Assembly: GCF_964355755.1 (NCBI RefSeq)
Contig: NC_092676.1
Span: 6,611,888-6,675,887, forward strand
DNA from: Antedon mediterranea
Taxonomy: Eukaryota; Animalia; Echinodermata
Reading direction: 5' to 3'
DNA length: 64,000 nt
Shown: one piece after another, positions 30,269 to 43,229 of the stretch
Position numbering within the stretch: position 1 is the stretch's first letter
Layout of the letters: the number at the start of each line of letters is the position of its first letter
Program-made: the position numbers and the translations under genes
Notes under the pieces: model-generated
Seen by the model: the letters and a program-made list of their open reading frames with translations, nothing else
Databases searched by the model: none
Told to the model about the DNA's origin: nothing

Positions 30269-30879
30269 TTAACAAAAATTATAAAATACTAAAAAAATAT
30301 GTAAAAAGAGACATTTTATCGAATTACAGAACTTAAAATGCTTCACTCATAAAATATAGATGCATATATTATGCATTTGTGTTGGTGTGTGCGAGTATAC
30401 ACACATAGCCTGTTTTATTTTATATGTATTCATACTTTTGCTATAATATATATAGAAAGAATCCACATGTACTGGAAGTAATAAACTGAATATCTTCTTT
30501 TTTAAGACAAAATGTATAAATAATCATGTTAGAAAAACAGTATCGCTTTTTGATGATGAACAACTCTAAAATGTATATAGGAAATGTTTTTTTTTTATTT
30601 TGTATCTATTATGTTGTGTTTATTGTTTTATGTTTTATGTGTAAAAGGGTCCTGCAGAAGTGTAAACTTCTCTATGCAGGATCCTTGCCATCATTTATGC
30701 TATGAAACTGTATTTATAAACGATGAGTAAATAAATGTGAATTGAATTTGAATTCATTGCAACGAAGTTGCGTTACAAACGGATATGATGTCACTCGCTG
30801 GCGATTAACCAAACTCTAACGCACGCATAGACCTACCTTCGTTGTTATTAAAATTAGGCCTAGTTGTGGTTGGTTTAGG

Positions 30880-31312
30880 AGTTACAGGCCTAGACCGCCG
30901 AACACTTGGGCTCGGCATCATCGATTGGTTGTCAGGCATACCAACCAGCCGATCGTTACAGGCCTAGACCGAACACTTGGGCTCGGCATTATCGATTGGT
31001 TGTCAGGCATACCAACCAGCCGATCGTTTCAGGCCTAGACCGAACACTTGGGCTCGGCATTATCGATTGGTTGTCAGGCATACCAACCAGCCGATCGTTT
31101 CAGGCCTAGACCGAACACTTGGGCTCGGCATTATCGATTGGTTGTCAGGCATATCAACCAGCCGATCGTTACAGGCCTAGACCGAACACTTGGGCTCGGC
31201 ATTATCGATTGGTTGTCAGGCATACCAACCAGCCGATCGTTTTAGGCCTAGACCAAACACTTGGGCTCGGCATTATCGATTGGTTGTCAGGCATACCAAC
31301 CAGCCGATCGTT
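30880..31312 (+). repeat. 71-bp minisatellite, ~6 near-identical units, each with an internal hairpin
   Basis: Unit aggcctagaccgaacacttgggctcggcattatcgattggttgtcaggcataccaaccagccgatcgttwc. Confidence 0.93.
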
Positions 31313-31326
31313 TTGGGGTTTGGGTT

Positions 31327-31652
31327 TATACTGTAGGTCTATGACCTAAAATATCATTTATGGCAGAAAAATGTTCAAATCCCGTACTTGCACCGGCTCC
31401 AGATTTATTTACTCGGTCTTTCGCCGCTTTATACGACGACCCCTTCAATTTCGTTTGGATATTAAATCCTTCTTATGAGGATGGCCCATCTGCTAACGTG
31501 TCCGCCATGTCGTTGAACATAGACATCTTGTTGCCGCCGGTGCTTTTACGACAGTTTTTTACTTCCAACCGATCTCTGAACTCAGGGCTTCCCCACAATG
31601 AAATAAGGTATTTTACTTCGGTTTCTCGCCAATGCGCACGCTTTGATGACAT
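31327..31652 (-). pseudogene. Degenerate Myb/SANT-like (trihelix) DNA-binding protein of a Harbinger transposon
   Basis: Not in the ORF track. Reads MSSKRAHWRETEVKYLISLWGSPEFRDRLE..MFNDMADTL..*..IQTKLK..YKAAKDRVNKSGAGASTGFEHFSAINDILGHRP. A Harbinger-type end ttaAGGGCCTGTTCAGAC lies upstream at ~32004-32022. Confidence 0.7.
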
Positions 31653-32378
31653 TTTAAATTAATTAATATAATAATAATAATACTGTATAGTGTAACAACA
31701 AAAGGTATGATTTTTTCGCACGTTCACCGATCACAACAAATGGATCAGCTTGGCTATACGATGAGGAGCACATGTCACGATGTGATGTGGCGAATATTGT
31801 AATTTGATTGGCTAGATATCTAACCTAGGTCATATTCATCGATGCGTGACTTTCGTATTGTAAGCGACGTCCACTAAACTCATACCTTGAGCTTTCGTAG
31901 CGTACGAAATATCAGTGTCGTACGAGGTGGCTTCCACTAATCTTTTCCTGGTTCAGACCTATGGACTTGTACGCCGCGTACAATACGAAAGCATAACTCC
32001 GTATGTCTGAACAGGCCCTTAAAAAGCAATCGTCAAAACATGCTTTGATGGAATGGCATGGTAAGGATGTTATTTATTTTCTAAACTTATGTTTTATATT
32101 CACTGTAGAATTATTTGGGCATTTGGTTCGGAATCATCGACTTTATTTATGTATTGTCATTTTTGGTTTGACACACATATATATACGGTGCATTTAATAC
32201 ATGTTAACTGTTGATTTTATTTACAATTGTTGCGTAAATATATTAATTATTATCTTTCATTCTTCTTCATGCTCCTATTGCATCTTCCATGTATTGTGAT
32301 GTTCTTCGGCGCTTAAACAGACACCCATGCCTCCTAGGCCTAGTAGACGAAGTACCACATCAGGCAACGCAACCGGGC

Positions 32379-32714
32379 GCGATATTTCTTTTCGTACATA
32401 AGTTGGGGACCCCTCGTGAAACGTCACAAAATAAACATGAATATTCATTATTCATATCCATAAGGTGTGACGTAAGAATTCAGCTCACTACAATTCGCTA
32501 ATGCAAACGATTTCTGTCGAGCCGTCTGTGTAGTCGAGTGGATAAGACTATGGACTTCACATGTCGATGTATGGGGTTCGACTCCCATGAGCTACTTCTT
32601 TTACTTTATAGTGAGAGAGAGATTATTTGGAGGGTTAGGTTTAGTTATATTTAGGAAGTAGTTCGGCTATCTTTCACATGGGGTCCCCAACTTATGTACG
32701 AAAAAAAAAATCGC
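32379..32714. mobile_element. MITE with 9-bp TSD (MULE-like) carrying a degenerate tRNA-like segment
   Basis: TIR GCGAT..TTCGTACATAAGTTGGGGACCC and its inverse. TSD caaccgggc at 32370-32378 and 32715-32723. It is absent from copy B near 52436. A/B-box-like tagtcgagtgg..ggttcgactccc lies at ~32531-32586. Confidence 0.85.
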
Positions 32715-33649
32715 CAACCGGGCGGGCGGAGAGACACGAGCACATCGTGGACGTACCTTTCCTTGAAAAATTTCCAAGATTTTGCGCCACTATCCTTCGG
32801 AGCCGACGCAAACCACTCAGCAAGTGTTTTAAAATTAAAAACAGGAATATTATTCAGTGATTTTGTGTAGTTAAATTCACGATTTATCCAACATATACAA
32901 CATTTATGATGCACCTTGCAACAAAAGCACTCGGCAGTCGCCATTTCGCTATGCTTCAACACGCACTAGAGGCGAGAGGTGTTCGGTTTGTTTACAAATC
33001 TATACCCACTATTTTTGATTGGTCGCGAGCGCGAAACGTGTCTATTAGTGAAGCTAAATAATGACCTTGAAAATTTGTCTGCAACATGGGAACATTTTAT
33101 AAATGCTGATTTTAATGCAAAAAAAAACATACTATAGTTTTAGGGGGTGTGGGGGGATATTAACTTGTCGAGGATTTTTGCACCAATGCGTAACACTTGT
33201 GTCGTCCTACGGTGGCATCGACCAGTTTGATCAGAAGACTGGTTTTTCGGTGGGTCTAAAAACATATCCTTCGCCTTGTCCCACGCACTGGAATTTCAAA
33301 TTCGGAAAAACGAGATCCGTTGTCGTCATGGCATTGCCGACTTCATCGATGATTATCTTGTTGTTTGTATTGTCGCACATCAATTATTGTTTAGAAAAAT
33401 AAATACATAATTGACCTGTAGCAGACCTACCACATAGCTTTTAAACAATTCAACATTTACTTTTAATTTGATTATTTATACATCCTTTATATATCTCTTT
33501 ATAACCTCACATTGACAGGTTACCTTCCTGTTACCTTCACTTTTCTAGCTAATGGATTTTAAGAATGTTAATTACTCTAACAGAAAACCACATTAATTCT
33601 CTTAATCCTAATTGGTCAGATGAGATGGGCCAAGCCCAATATTACCATG

Positions 33650-34561
33650 TGTGAGGGTGTAAATTGTACTCCTCCGCATAGAATAAATAGGACGGGACAA
33701 TTTACATGTTAGTCCAGTTTTATGACACTGGTTAATAAAAATAAATAAATAGTGTTACATAAATATTTATTATCACGGTCTAATATGGCATTTTTAATGT
33801 ATGGGTAGATAATGTGTTAAGCGGAATAATCCATTACGCGTATTCGTCGGAGAATGGTAAGCTTGGGATGATACCTGATACATCCTCTCTCCTTCGGACG
33901 CTTGCATCGACTAGACGTGTATTTGCCTAGCCTGTTAAACAATTTAATTATTTCTTTTTGTTGAGAGCACATCGTTTGATCTTGATGTAATCTGTAAGTT
34001 TTAAATATTGTTTAATTTATAATATGTTTAGGTTAAATACAGGTTAACCTGGTTTAAGTTTGTTAAATTTACTTTTGTCTCTATATGCATTAGCACTCCA
34101 CTGGTACGGCGACGGTTGCACTGGGTGTAACCTGTTGAGTGTTGTGTGCGGTACATACGATCGTAATTCTTAGCTTAGCGATGTTAGAAGATTGATCCAA
34201 ATATCCCTTAAGGAATCTGAATTAAGGCTAAAACCTTATTTACTTTGTTTATCATATGTTAGCCTAGTATGGAATATTATGTTTTACCGTGTTAATTGAT
34301 AGTTATGTTAATTTAAGTCTGATAAAGTTCTATGACCTTGTGTTTAGTGGGTCGTTGATTATTCGAACATGTGCGATGTTTATGGCTTTCAATCCTGTTT
34401 ACTGTTAGCGACGGCTGCAGTGTTGTGTTGGGTTTTAGCTTCTGTTTCTGTTATTAAACAATTGCGATTAAACTGGAAACTGAATCAGGTCTGTGTCAGT
34501 GATCATTAATTGCTCTCTCACAAGCTATTCAAACACCAACGGACACGATCCGAAGGTCACA
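33650..34561 (+). repeat. 5' LTR (912 bp)
   Basis: tgtgagggtg...ggtcaca, directly repeated at 40188. Confidence 0.93.
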
Positions 34562-34665
34562 TAATTTTGGTGCCGAAACCTGTTTTATAAATCCAATTTG
34601 TTTAAAAAAAAAAAAAATAAATAAAATAAAATAAAAAGGTAACAGTATGGCTAGTAACCAACACA

Positions 34666-36000
34666 ATGCTGCAGCGGGTTCATCGCTGGATGCATCAATA
34701 CCAGATACCGATTTCTACAAACACACCTATAATGCCGGAACTTAGTATCCAAGGACAACCGAGGCGACCACGACCAAGACTTCCCAGATCCAGTACACCA
34801 ATGAGTGGTACAGTAAACAGCCCAGAGATGGCATCGGACGTCAGCGTAGTTCAACCAGGGTCATCGCCGCTGCTGTTGGCTGGATTTGATCCACCACCTA
34901 CAATGGATACTGTACCAAGAGTGATCTCATCCCATCAGATAAAGACTGTTCCCACATTTACTGGGAGGGACAAGGATGGATTAAAGGTGGAAGACTGGGT
35001 TAGAGATATTAAGTATTTGTTAAGATCTAAAGGTTATTCTGCACCGTTTCCCCAATTCCATGAGATTGTAAGACACACTGGGAGTCGGGCCCGTGACCTG
35101 GTATTGAACTTGGAGAGTAGGGGTCCAGACCTAATGACACCTGATGCTGCTCTGAAAGAATTGGTCAGAGAGTACGGGGACTTAAACGTTACTCTGTCAC
35201 CTATGGCAGCTTTTTATGCCCGTTTTCAGCAGTCCACGGAAACGCCAAGGGACTATGCAATTGCGCTTGAAGCACTGTTACGCCGAGTATGTGGCCAACT
35301 CAAGTCACAACATTCTGAACTGATGGATCGAGATGGGGTTTTATGCACCCAGTTCATGTATGGCCTGCGAGATGTAGAGGTAAAGAATCGGCTGGCTCCG
35401 ATGCGGCCAAGGCAGATGAAATTCGGAGCTTTAAGGGAAGAATTACGCATCATCTCCTATGAGTTGGCACAAGACCGTGATCGGTTTGGCGGGTCCCACC
35501 AAGCAAAGCTGTATTCACAAAACCGTGGTACAAAGGCCGAAGCAAAATCAACGACACCAATCACGGATATCAGCCTCGAGATATTAGAGAGATTGAAGGC
35601 TTTAGAGGTACGTATCCATGGGATCGAGAACAAGGCAGAAGATTATGGCAGACCTCGGGCACAACCCCGAAGGAATGCCTGCTTCAAATGCGGCAAAATT
35701 GGTCATTTTGCCAGAAACTGTTTTCAGACTAACAATCACCCCGCATCAGTGTCACAGCAGCAACAACAGGCTTACTTTGAAAATCAGACACCTTTTCAGC
35801 CACAAAATCACCCTGTACAAATACCACAGCAGCCGCCACAACAAATGTACTTTGAACATCAGATTCCATTCCCACCACAAGGCCCTCTTTAACAATTTGG
35901 CAGACCATGGTATCCCACTAGTCAACAGCTTCCAGTAAACCAACAAACAAGGCGACCTGAAACAGCTGCTGCCAGCCATAAGCCTTCTTTAAACGGGTAG
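34666..36000 (+). pseudogene. Gypsy gag (PNMA-like capsid, CCHC knuckle) with premature TAA at 35890-35892
   Basis: Motifs VPTFTG..VEDWVRDI, QFMYGL and CFKCGKIGHFARNC. The same frame continues past the TAA to PSLNG*, with slippery TTTAAAC at 35988-35994. Confidence 0.85.
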
Positions 36001-39000
36001 GACCTGCAGACGACGGGCTATCTGTTGGTATGAATTTTCACAAGTGCCCAAAGAAATCGATAAAGGGATTAATCGGTCCAGTGAATGAAGCTATTGTATC
36101 CATATCTGGTCAAGTTTGTAATGCTCTTTTAGATACAGGTTCGCAAGTTACAACCATCACTGCAGATTTCGTCAATACTCATCCAACTTTAAAGATCCAA
36201 AAGCTACAGCCAGTTGCTGTAACATTGAAGGGGCTGGGGGTCAGTTAGTACCCCACCATGGTGTTCTGCTCATCAACTTGGAAGTAATGGGAGTAAAGTT
36301 GGAGGCGGTTCCGGTACTGGTTGTACCATCAACGACATCTAGAGTAAAGATGCCCTGTCTCGTTGGAACGAATGTGATACGACCAACACGTGACAAACTA
36401 CATGGTCAGTATGGACGGTCATTTATGGAAATCGTTCGGGAGAAATCTACTACATGGTTTGCAGCATACCAATCTCTAAATGGTGATGGGATGGACCTTG
36501 CTGATGCAACTGGTGAAATAGGAGCGATTCATTATAGGGGACGTCCAATCACTTTTAAGCCTGGGGCCCAGCGAGATGTCGTTGGATGTGCACCAACCCA
36601 CACAGACGGCCGCACATTTTGTGGACTTGTTGAGGATGGTGACCCGCAGGAAAATTTGAGGGTAGGCAGTTTACTGACAGAAGTCAAGGAGGGTAAAGTA
36701 ACTGTGCGGATGTGTAACCTTTCATCAACAACAGTGATGCTTAATAAAGGTAATCTAATAGCTAACTTGTTGTATGCAACACCAGCCGAAGACTTAGCAC
36801 ATACAACTCGACTCGTTCTTTCCAGTGAAAACTCGGTGTTGGTAAACAAACAGGAATTAAAGCAAATACCTGATGTACATGTTCGAACTGGAGACTTGTC
36901 AGAAACAGAAATTAAGGCCCTCCACAATATCCTCTGTCAAAACTCTGATGTCTTTTCCATGGGTTCAGATGATTTTGGCCACACCAAAACTCTTCAGCAT
37001 GATATACCCCTCATCGATTCAACCCCATTCAGAATGCCATATCGCCGCATACCACCCTCAGACTTCAAGGAAGTAAGAGAAAATATTCAAGGCCTAGAAA
37101 GTGCTGGTGTTATAAAGGGAAGCAAGAGCCCATTTGCCTCTCCTATCGTCATTGTTAGAAAGAAGACTGGCCAGATCAGACTATGCGTCGACTACCGAAA
37201 ACTCAACTCAAGGACGGTTCGTGATGCGTATCCGCTTCCGAGGATCGACGAATCTTTAGATGCATTGGAGAAAGCTCGTTATTTTTCAAGTTTGGACTTA
37301 ATGTCTGGCTATCTGCAAGTGCAGATGGCCGAAGCTGACCAACCTAAGACGGCATTCACAACTCCACTGGGTTTATTCGAGTATACGAGGATGCCTTTCG
37401 GATTAACTAATGCCCCTGCTACCTTTCAACGCCTAATGACTGTAGTATTTGGAGATATGAACTTAACAGAGGTACTCATTTACCTGGACGATATTATCAT
37501 ATTTAGCTCAACTATAGAAGAACACCTCATGCGTTTAGAAAAAGTATTTTCTCGATTGCGAGAACATGGACTTAAATTACAACCAAATAAGTGTCACCTA
37601 CTTCAGCGAGAGGTCAAATATCTGGGACACAGGGTCTCCGAACACGGCATCTCGACCGACCCAGAGAAAACTGAAGCAGTAAGAGAATGGCCGGTCCCTA
37701 AGTCCAAGAAAGATGTTAGAAGTTTTTTGGGATTCACAGGATACTACCGGAGATTCATTCAAAACTATGCCAAGATAGCGAAACCTTTGTTTGAGATGAT
37801 CGGAGGTAAACACAAGCCTAAGGGTACAACCAAGCTGCCAGAGTTAAAATGGACTGACGAGTGTTTAGTATCATACAATACCTTGAAGCAGAAGATGTTA
37901 GCTACTCCTATTCTATCTTATCCAGATTTCACACTACCATTTGTTTTGCAGACGGACGCCTCCCTAGATGGCTTTGGAGCCATCCTGGCTCAAATCCAGG
38001 ATGGGCAAGAGAAGGTAATCGCTTATGCAAGTAGAAGCCTCACCGCTGGTGAAAAGCATTATCCGGCACACAAACTGGAGTTTAGAGCGCTACATTGGGC
38101 TGCGACTGTGAAATTTAAAGATTACGTCTACGGACATAAGGTATTGGCTCGCACCGATAATAACCCACTCACGTATGTCCTTAAATCAGCTAAGCTAGAT
38201 GCACATGGTCAGCGCTGGGTTAACGATATGGCAAGGTGTGATCTTGAGATCGAGTACCGACCGGGAAAGTCGAACGATAATGCAGATGGTCTATCTCGTA
38301 TTACAAGGTTCGAAGTTCAAAAGGCCCTAGACAGCGCTACTGGCATTATGGGTGCCCATCACGCCAACCCTGTTATATCTCACTACTCACAAATCCTACC
38401 AGAATTAGATACCGAAGAAATTATCCGTGCGCAACGGAATGATGAATCCATAGGAAGGGTATTGGAATTGTTCAGCTGTGGTGGAAAACCAAGTAGACGA
38501 CAGGCTAACAAAGAAAGCAGAATGGTGCAGACATTGTTAAGAAAATGGGATCATTTTGCAGTTCAGGCGGGAGTCTTAGTTTTCCAACAGGTAGATGGCC
38601 AACGAAGGGTACTTTTGCCAAAACTTTACCGCAACAGAGTATTGAAGAGCGTCCACGACCAGATGGGTCATCTCGGATATGACCGCACTCTCTCCCTTCT
38701 TGAAGAACGATGTTTTGGCCAAACTTGCGAAAAGAAGTACGAACCTATATTGACAGATGTAAAAGATGTACTTTACGTAAAACTCAGGACCCACCAGCCA
38801 TAGCACCATTATCTGGAATTAAATCATCTCGACCATTGGAGTTAGTTTGTCTGGATTTTCTGAGTCTGGAAGCTTCGTCGGGTGGAATAGAAAATGTTCT
38901 TGTAATCACGGATCATTTTACTCGATACGCGCAAGCTTACCCAACAAGGAACCAGACAGCTGTGACGGTGGCCCAGACCTTGTGGAGCAAATTTATCATA

Positions 39001-39936
39001 CACTATGGGACACCGGAAAGGATACACAGCGACCAAGGGAAGTATTTTGAGGCTGAGGTTATACAGGAACTGTGCAAACTGCTTAAAATAAAAAAGAGCC
39101 GAACCACACCTTATCACCCACATGGGAATAGCATGACGGAGCGATTCAACTCTACATTACTCAATATGTTGGAAACGCTTCAGCCTCACCAGAAACCTCG
39201 GTGGCGTGACTATGTAGAGACCATGACGCACGCCTACAATTGTACCACGCATTCATCAACTGGGTTCACTCCATTCTTTTTAATGTTTATGCGGAAACCG
39301 AGAGTGCCTTCAGACTTAGTATTTGAACTAGAGACAGATGGAGAGGAATTCACTGACACAAATGAAGCTGATTTCGTCCATCGACTCAGAAACCAACTTC
39401 AAGAAGCTTACGACTTAGCAGCGACGCATGCAAATGCTGCAAGAAAGAAGCAGAAAAATGCGTACAACAAAAGGTCCCGTGGAGTTGATTTGAACGTTGG
39501 AGACTCTGTTTTAGTTGCTAACAAATCATTGCGTGGCCGTAATAAACTGAGAAATAGATGGGAGGAAACACCATATACCATTATTCATCACATCCAAGGC
39601 CAGCCCACATTCACTGTGCGCCGAAATAATGATGGCAGAGACCGAACTGTTCACCGTAACCTATTGACGCCATGTACCTTTGAAAATATTGATAGTGGTG
39701 GTAGTAGTTGCAACAGCGCACAAGAGTCTCCTTCAACTGATGATGATGATCCAGAAGTTTACAGAACGGATAATCCAGACTTGATTCCTCCTCCCGCTGA
39801 ATTTTGTACTCACTCCCCCACTACTAACATTACGGATAAGGATGGGCACGGCAGTGATTACTTTGCCAAAAGAGTTAGACTCCCACCTAAACGGTTTGGA
39901 GAATGGGAAACTAATGCTGTTTTTTCTCGTAAATAA
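35988..39936 (+). pseudogene. Gypsy pol (PR-RT-RNaseH-IN), broken by frameshifts near 36235 and 38710
   Basis: LLDTGSQVT, RLCVDYRKLN, YLDD, TDAS, RTDNNPL, HDQMGH..CKRC, CLDF, HSDQG, TERFN. Confidence 0.93.
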
Positions 39937-40187
39937 GAATATGCTTATAATTTTTATCTGATTATGTCGTTGGGACAACATCACTCTTAACCTGGGGTGG
40001 TGTGAAGGTACATACCTGTATATGCAGACATTTTTAAAAGTATTTACTGTAGATAGGTTACACGGCTTAATTTTTTTTAAAAATTTTATATCTTTCATTT
40101 TATATTTTTAATTTTATCTAATTATGTAACTATGGTATATCATATGTAATGTTGTTAGGGACTAACAACGATTTAAGCTGTGGTGGA

Positions 40188-41292
40188 TGTGAGGGTGTAA
40201 ATTGTACTCCTCCGCATAGAATAAATAGGACGGGACAATTTACATGTTAGTCCAGTTTTATGACACTGGTTAATAAAAATAAATAAATAGTGTTACATAA
40301 ATATTTATTATCACGGTCTAATATGGCATTTTTAATGTATGGGTAGATAATGTGTTAAGCGGAATAATCCGCACCCATTACGCGTATTCGTCGGAGAATG
40401 GTAAGCTTGGGATGATACCTGATACATCCTCTCTCCTTCGGACGCTTGCATCGACTAGACGTGTATTTGCCTAGCCTGTTAAACAATTTAATTATTTCTT
40501 TTTGTTGAGAGCACATTGTTTGATCTTGATGTAATCTGTAAGTTTTAAATATTGTTTAATTTATAATATGTTTAGGTTAAATACAGGTTAACCTGGTTTA
40601 AGTTTGTTAAATTTACTTTTGTCTCTATATGCATTAGCACTCCACTGGTACGGCGACGGTTGCACTGGGTGTAACCTGTTGAGTGTTGTGTGCGGTACAT
40701 ACGATCGTAATTCTTAGCTTAGCGATGTTAGAAGATTGATCCAAATATCCCTTAAGGAATCTGAATTAAGGCTAAAACATTATTTACTTTGTTTATCATA
40801 TGTTAGCCTAGTATAGAATATTATGTTTTACCGTGTTAATTGATAGTTATGTTAATTTAAGTCTGATAAAGTTCTATGACCTTGTGTTTAGTGGGTCGTT
40901 GATTATTCGAACATGTGCGATGTTTATGGCTTTCAATCAGCGATCTGGTTGAGGGCAGCACATAATGTAAACAAATATGTCTGCGCCCATGAGACGATGT
41001 GCGATGCATATCGCGACGATTTTAGATACTAGATTGCATGGCCTAGCTTTATTATATATTCCATTTTACAGTATATTATTCTGTTCCAATTAATAATACT
41101 ATAATTGATGTTTTTAAACTTAAATGCTGTATAGTTAGTGGTCTTCATTTATTGAACAATGAGATGATTTATATTTTGTTTAGTTTTGAGATATGTTTTA
41201 TGATTTTGTTACACAGGTCTTGTTCCTGTTTACTGTTAGCGACGGCTGCAGTGTTGTGTTGGGTTTTAGCTTCTGTTTCTGTTATTAAACAA
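40188..41292 (+). repeat. 3' LTR with a 287-bp insert (40939-41225) and its last ~100 bp deleted
   Basis: Matches 33650-34461 on both sides of the insert, then joins host sequence cactcttttctc. Confidence 0.9.
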
Positions 41293-41454
41293 CACTCTTT
41301 TCTCAACCAGCATCTTAGCTACACCGTTTATTGCATTGTCTTATCAAATATTGTATATTGTATATTTTATATATTTATTGAGAATCCTCACTTGATTCAC
41401 TTGGAATAAATTGCATAGTTTACTATATACATTTAGTAGTTGTTTTATTTTACA

Positions 41455-41775
41455 ATGGCACAAGCGCAAGTTGTGATGTTCGTATTAGAAGAAAAACTAA
41501 AAAAATTAGAAAAAGAAAGAAACAATTTAAAGCAATTGGTGCTTCAACTGAAGCAGAAAAACATTAGATTGGCAGCCGAACAAAGACAATTAAATCGCCG
41601 CTTGCAAAGGCGTGCAGGGGTGATATCATATTTAGAAAATCAGAATTATCATCTTAACAGAAGAATAGAGGAAGTAGAAGAAGAAGTGAGACCAGATGAA
41701 GAAAATATATCAATATCTCAGAAGAAGAAGAAAATATCAATATCGCAGAAGAAGAAGAAGAAGAATAAGTGGTAA
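41455..41775 (+). CDS. Small coiled-coil orphan ORF (probably element- or virus-derived, degenerate)
   Basis: MAQAQVVMFVLEEKLKKLEKERNNLKQLVLQLKQKNIRLAAEQRQLNRRL.. shows a heptad pattern. Copy B (53488-) has GAA>TAA at 53668. Confidence 0.4.
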   Translation: MAQAQVVMFVLEEKLKKLEKERNNLKQLVLQLKQKNIRLAAEQRQLNRRLQRRAGVISYLENQNYHLNRRIEEVEEEVRPDEENISISQKKKKISISQKKKKKNKW

Positions 41776-41944
41776 CGGAAGAAGATTGCGACACAAGGGG
41801 AAACATCTTGCGAAGTGCAGTGATGTTGGCGAACGGTTTGCATTTGCAATTTTTGACAGTGAAGAGAAGGCAAAAATGGAGTCTTCAGTGGTCATGAGAA
41901 TCAATGTGTTCATTGTGTCCACCATAAAACTGTCAGGAAATATT

Positions 41945-42870
41945 ATCAGTGGGAATACTCTCTCACTGATGCGCTTTCTTTTAAACGCTAGAATGAGGTT
42001 ACGCAATAGAACAAATTTATTTATTTATTATTGTTCATTTCAGATCAAGAGAAGTGTTAAAGTCACAAAGTTACAGCCACTGCAACAAGGAAGAAGAATA
42101 GCACACACAGCCAGGAGTGCTCGCATGCAAAAACAAATTTTGACGTAATTTATAGTGAAGGGAATGTGTCAATAGGAACCTAGTGTTGGAATTAGATAAT
42201 CTTGATATCAGTGGGAATACTCTCTCACTGATGCGCTTTCTTTTAAACGCTAGAAAGAGATTACGCAATAGAACAAATTTATTTATTTTTGTTCATTTCA
42301 GATCAAGAGAAGTGTTAAAGTCACAAAGTTACAGCCACTGCAACAAGGAAGAAGAATAGCACACACAGCCAGGAGTGCTCGCAAGCAAAAACAAATTTTG
42401 ACGTAATTTATAGTGAAGGGAATGTGTCAATAGGAACCTAGTGTTGGAATTAGATAATCTTGATATCAGTGGGAATACTCTCTCACTGATGCGCTTTCTT
42501 TTAAACGCTAGAAAGAGAACAATAGAACAAATTTATTTATGTATTATTGTTCATTTCAGATCAAGAGAAGTGTTAAAGTCACAAAGTTACAGCCACTGCA
42601 ACAAGGAAGAAGAATAGCACACACAGCCAAGAGTGCTCGCAAGCAAAAACAAATTTAGACGTAATTTATAGTGAAGGGAATGTGTCAATAGGAACCTAGT
42701 GTTGGAATTAGATAATCTTGATAACAGTGGGAATACTCTCTCACTGATGCGCTTTCTTTTAAACGCTAGAAAGAGGTTACGCAATAGAACAAATTTATTT
42801 ATATTATTATTGTTCATTTCAGATCAAGAGAAGTGTTAAACCCACAAAGTTACAGCCACTGCGACAAGGA
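41945..42870 (+). repeat. ~260-bp tandem repeat, ~3.5 units
   Basis: cagtgggaatactctctcactgatgcgc recurs at ~41947, 42208, 42466 and 42725. Confidence 0.9.
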
Positions 42871-43229
42871 AAGGGCTGCGCAGACTACGAAATTGCAAAT
42901 ATAACCAGTGTCATTCAGTGTCTACTGCAAATTTTGCAAAGAACGTTTGAAGAAAAAGAGGGGAAAGAAATGAAGTGCGATTCACACTATAATTATAAAT
43001 TTAAAAAAAAGAAAAGAAATACTTTTTGTATACTTTTTGATTGCTGGACTACGCGCAAGGCACCACCTGAACTTGAACATTTTGTGCACATCCCCAATTA
43101 TTATCTAACGTGAGCAGTACTTGACTAGAATCGAAGGACGCTAAAGATCTGGTATATGAAATGACCTAATAAACAAAAAATGTCGAAACAATTTGGAAAA
43201 AATCTAGGCACATATTAAAGTTACCACCC

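Larger units (their letters stand above)
33650..41292 (+). mobile_element. Gypsy/Ty3 LTR retrotransposon, recent but mutated
   Basis: 5' LTR 33650-34561 (TG..CA). PBS TGGTGCCGAAACC at 34568-34580 is complementary to the tRNA-Phe 3' end. Order is gag-PR-RT-RH-IN. The purine-rich tract aagctgtggtgga precedes the 3' LTR at 40188. Confidence 0.95.
32098..41785. repeat. Copy A of a ~1.7-kb duplicated block of small orphan ORFs, expanded by a MITE and the Gypsy insertion
   Basis: 32098-33649 plus 41293-41785 are colinear with 52161-53836. Confidence 0.9.

Noticed and set aside
30880-31312. CRISPR-like array, or the four overlapping 65-76-aa ORFs
   Set aside because: Units are contiguous with no unique spacers, there are no cas genes, and the context is eukaryotic. 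The ORFs are artefacts of the 71-bp period.
31360-31662. 100-aa plus-strand ORF
   Set aside because: It is the shadow of the minus-strand Myb/SANT pseudogene.
34651-40098. Antisense and alternate-frame ORFs overlapping Gypsy gag/pol, or an env gene
   Set aside because: They are short shadow ORFs. Only about 250 bp separates IN from the 3' LTR, leaving no room for env.
41947-41990. Helitron 3' ends (hairpin plus CTAG) in each 260-bp unit
   Set aside because: The CTAG is followed by A rather than T, lies ~17 nt from the hairpin, and does not mark a homology boundary.
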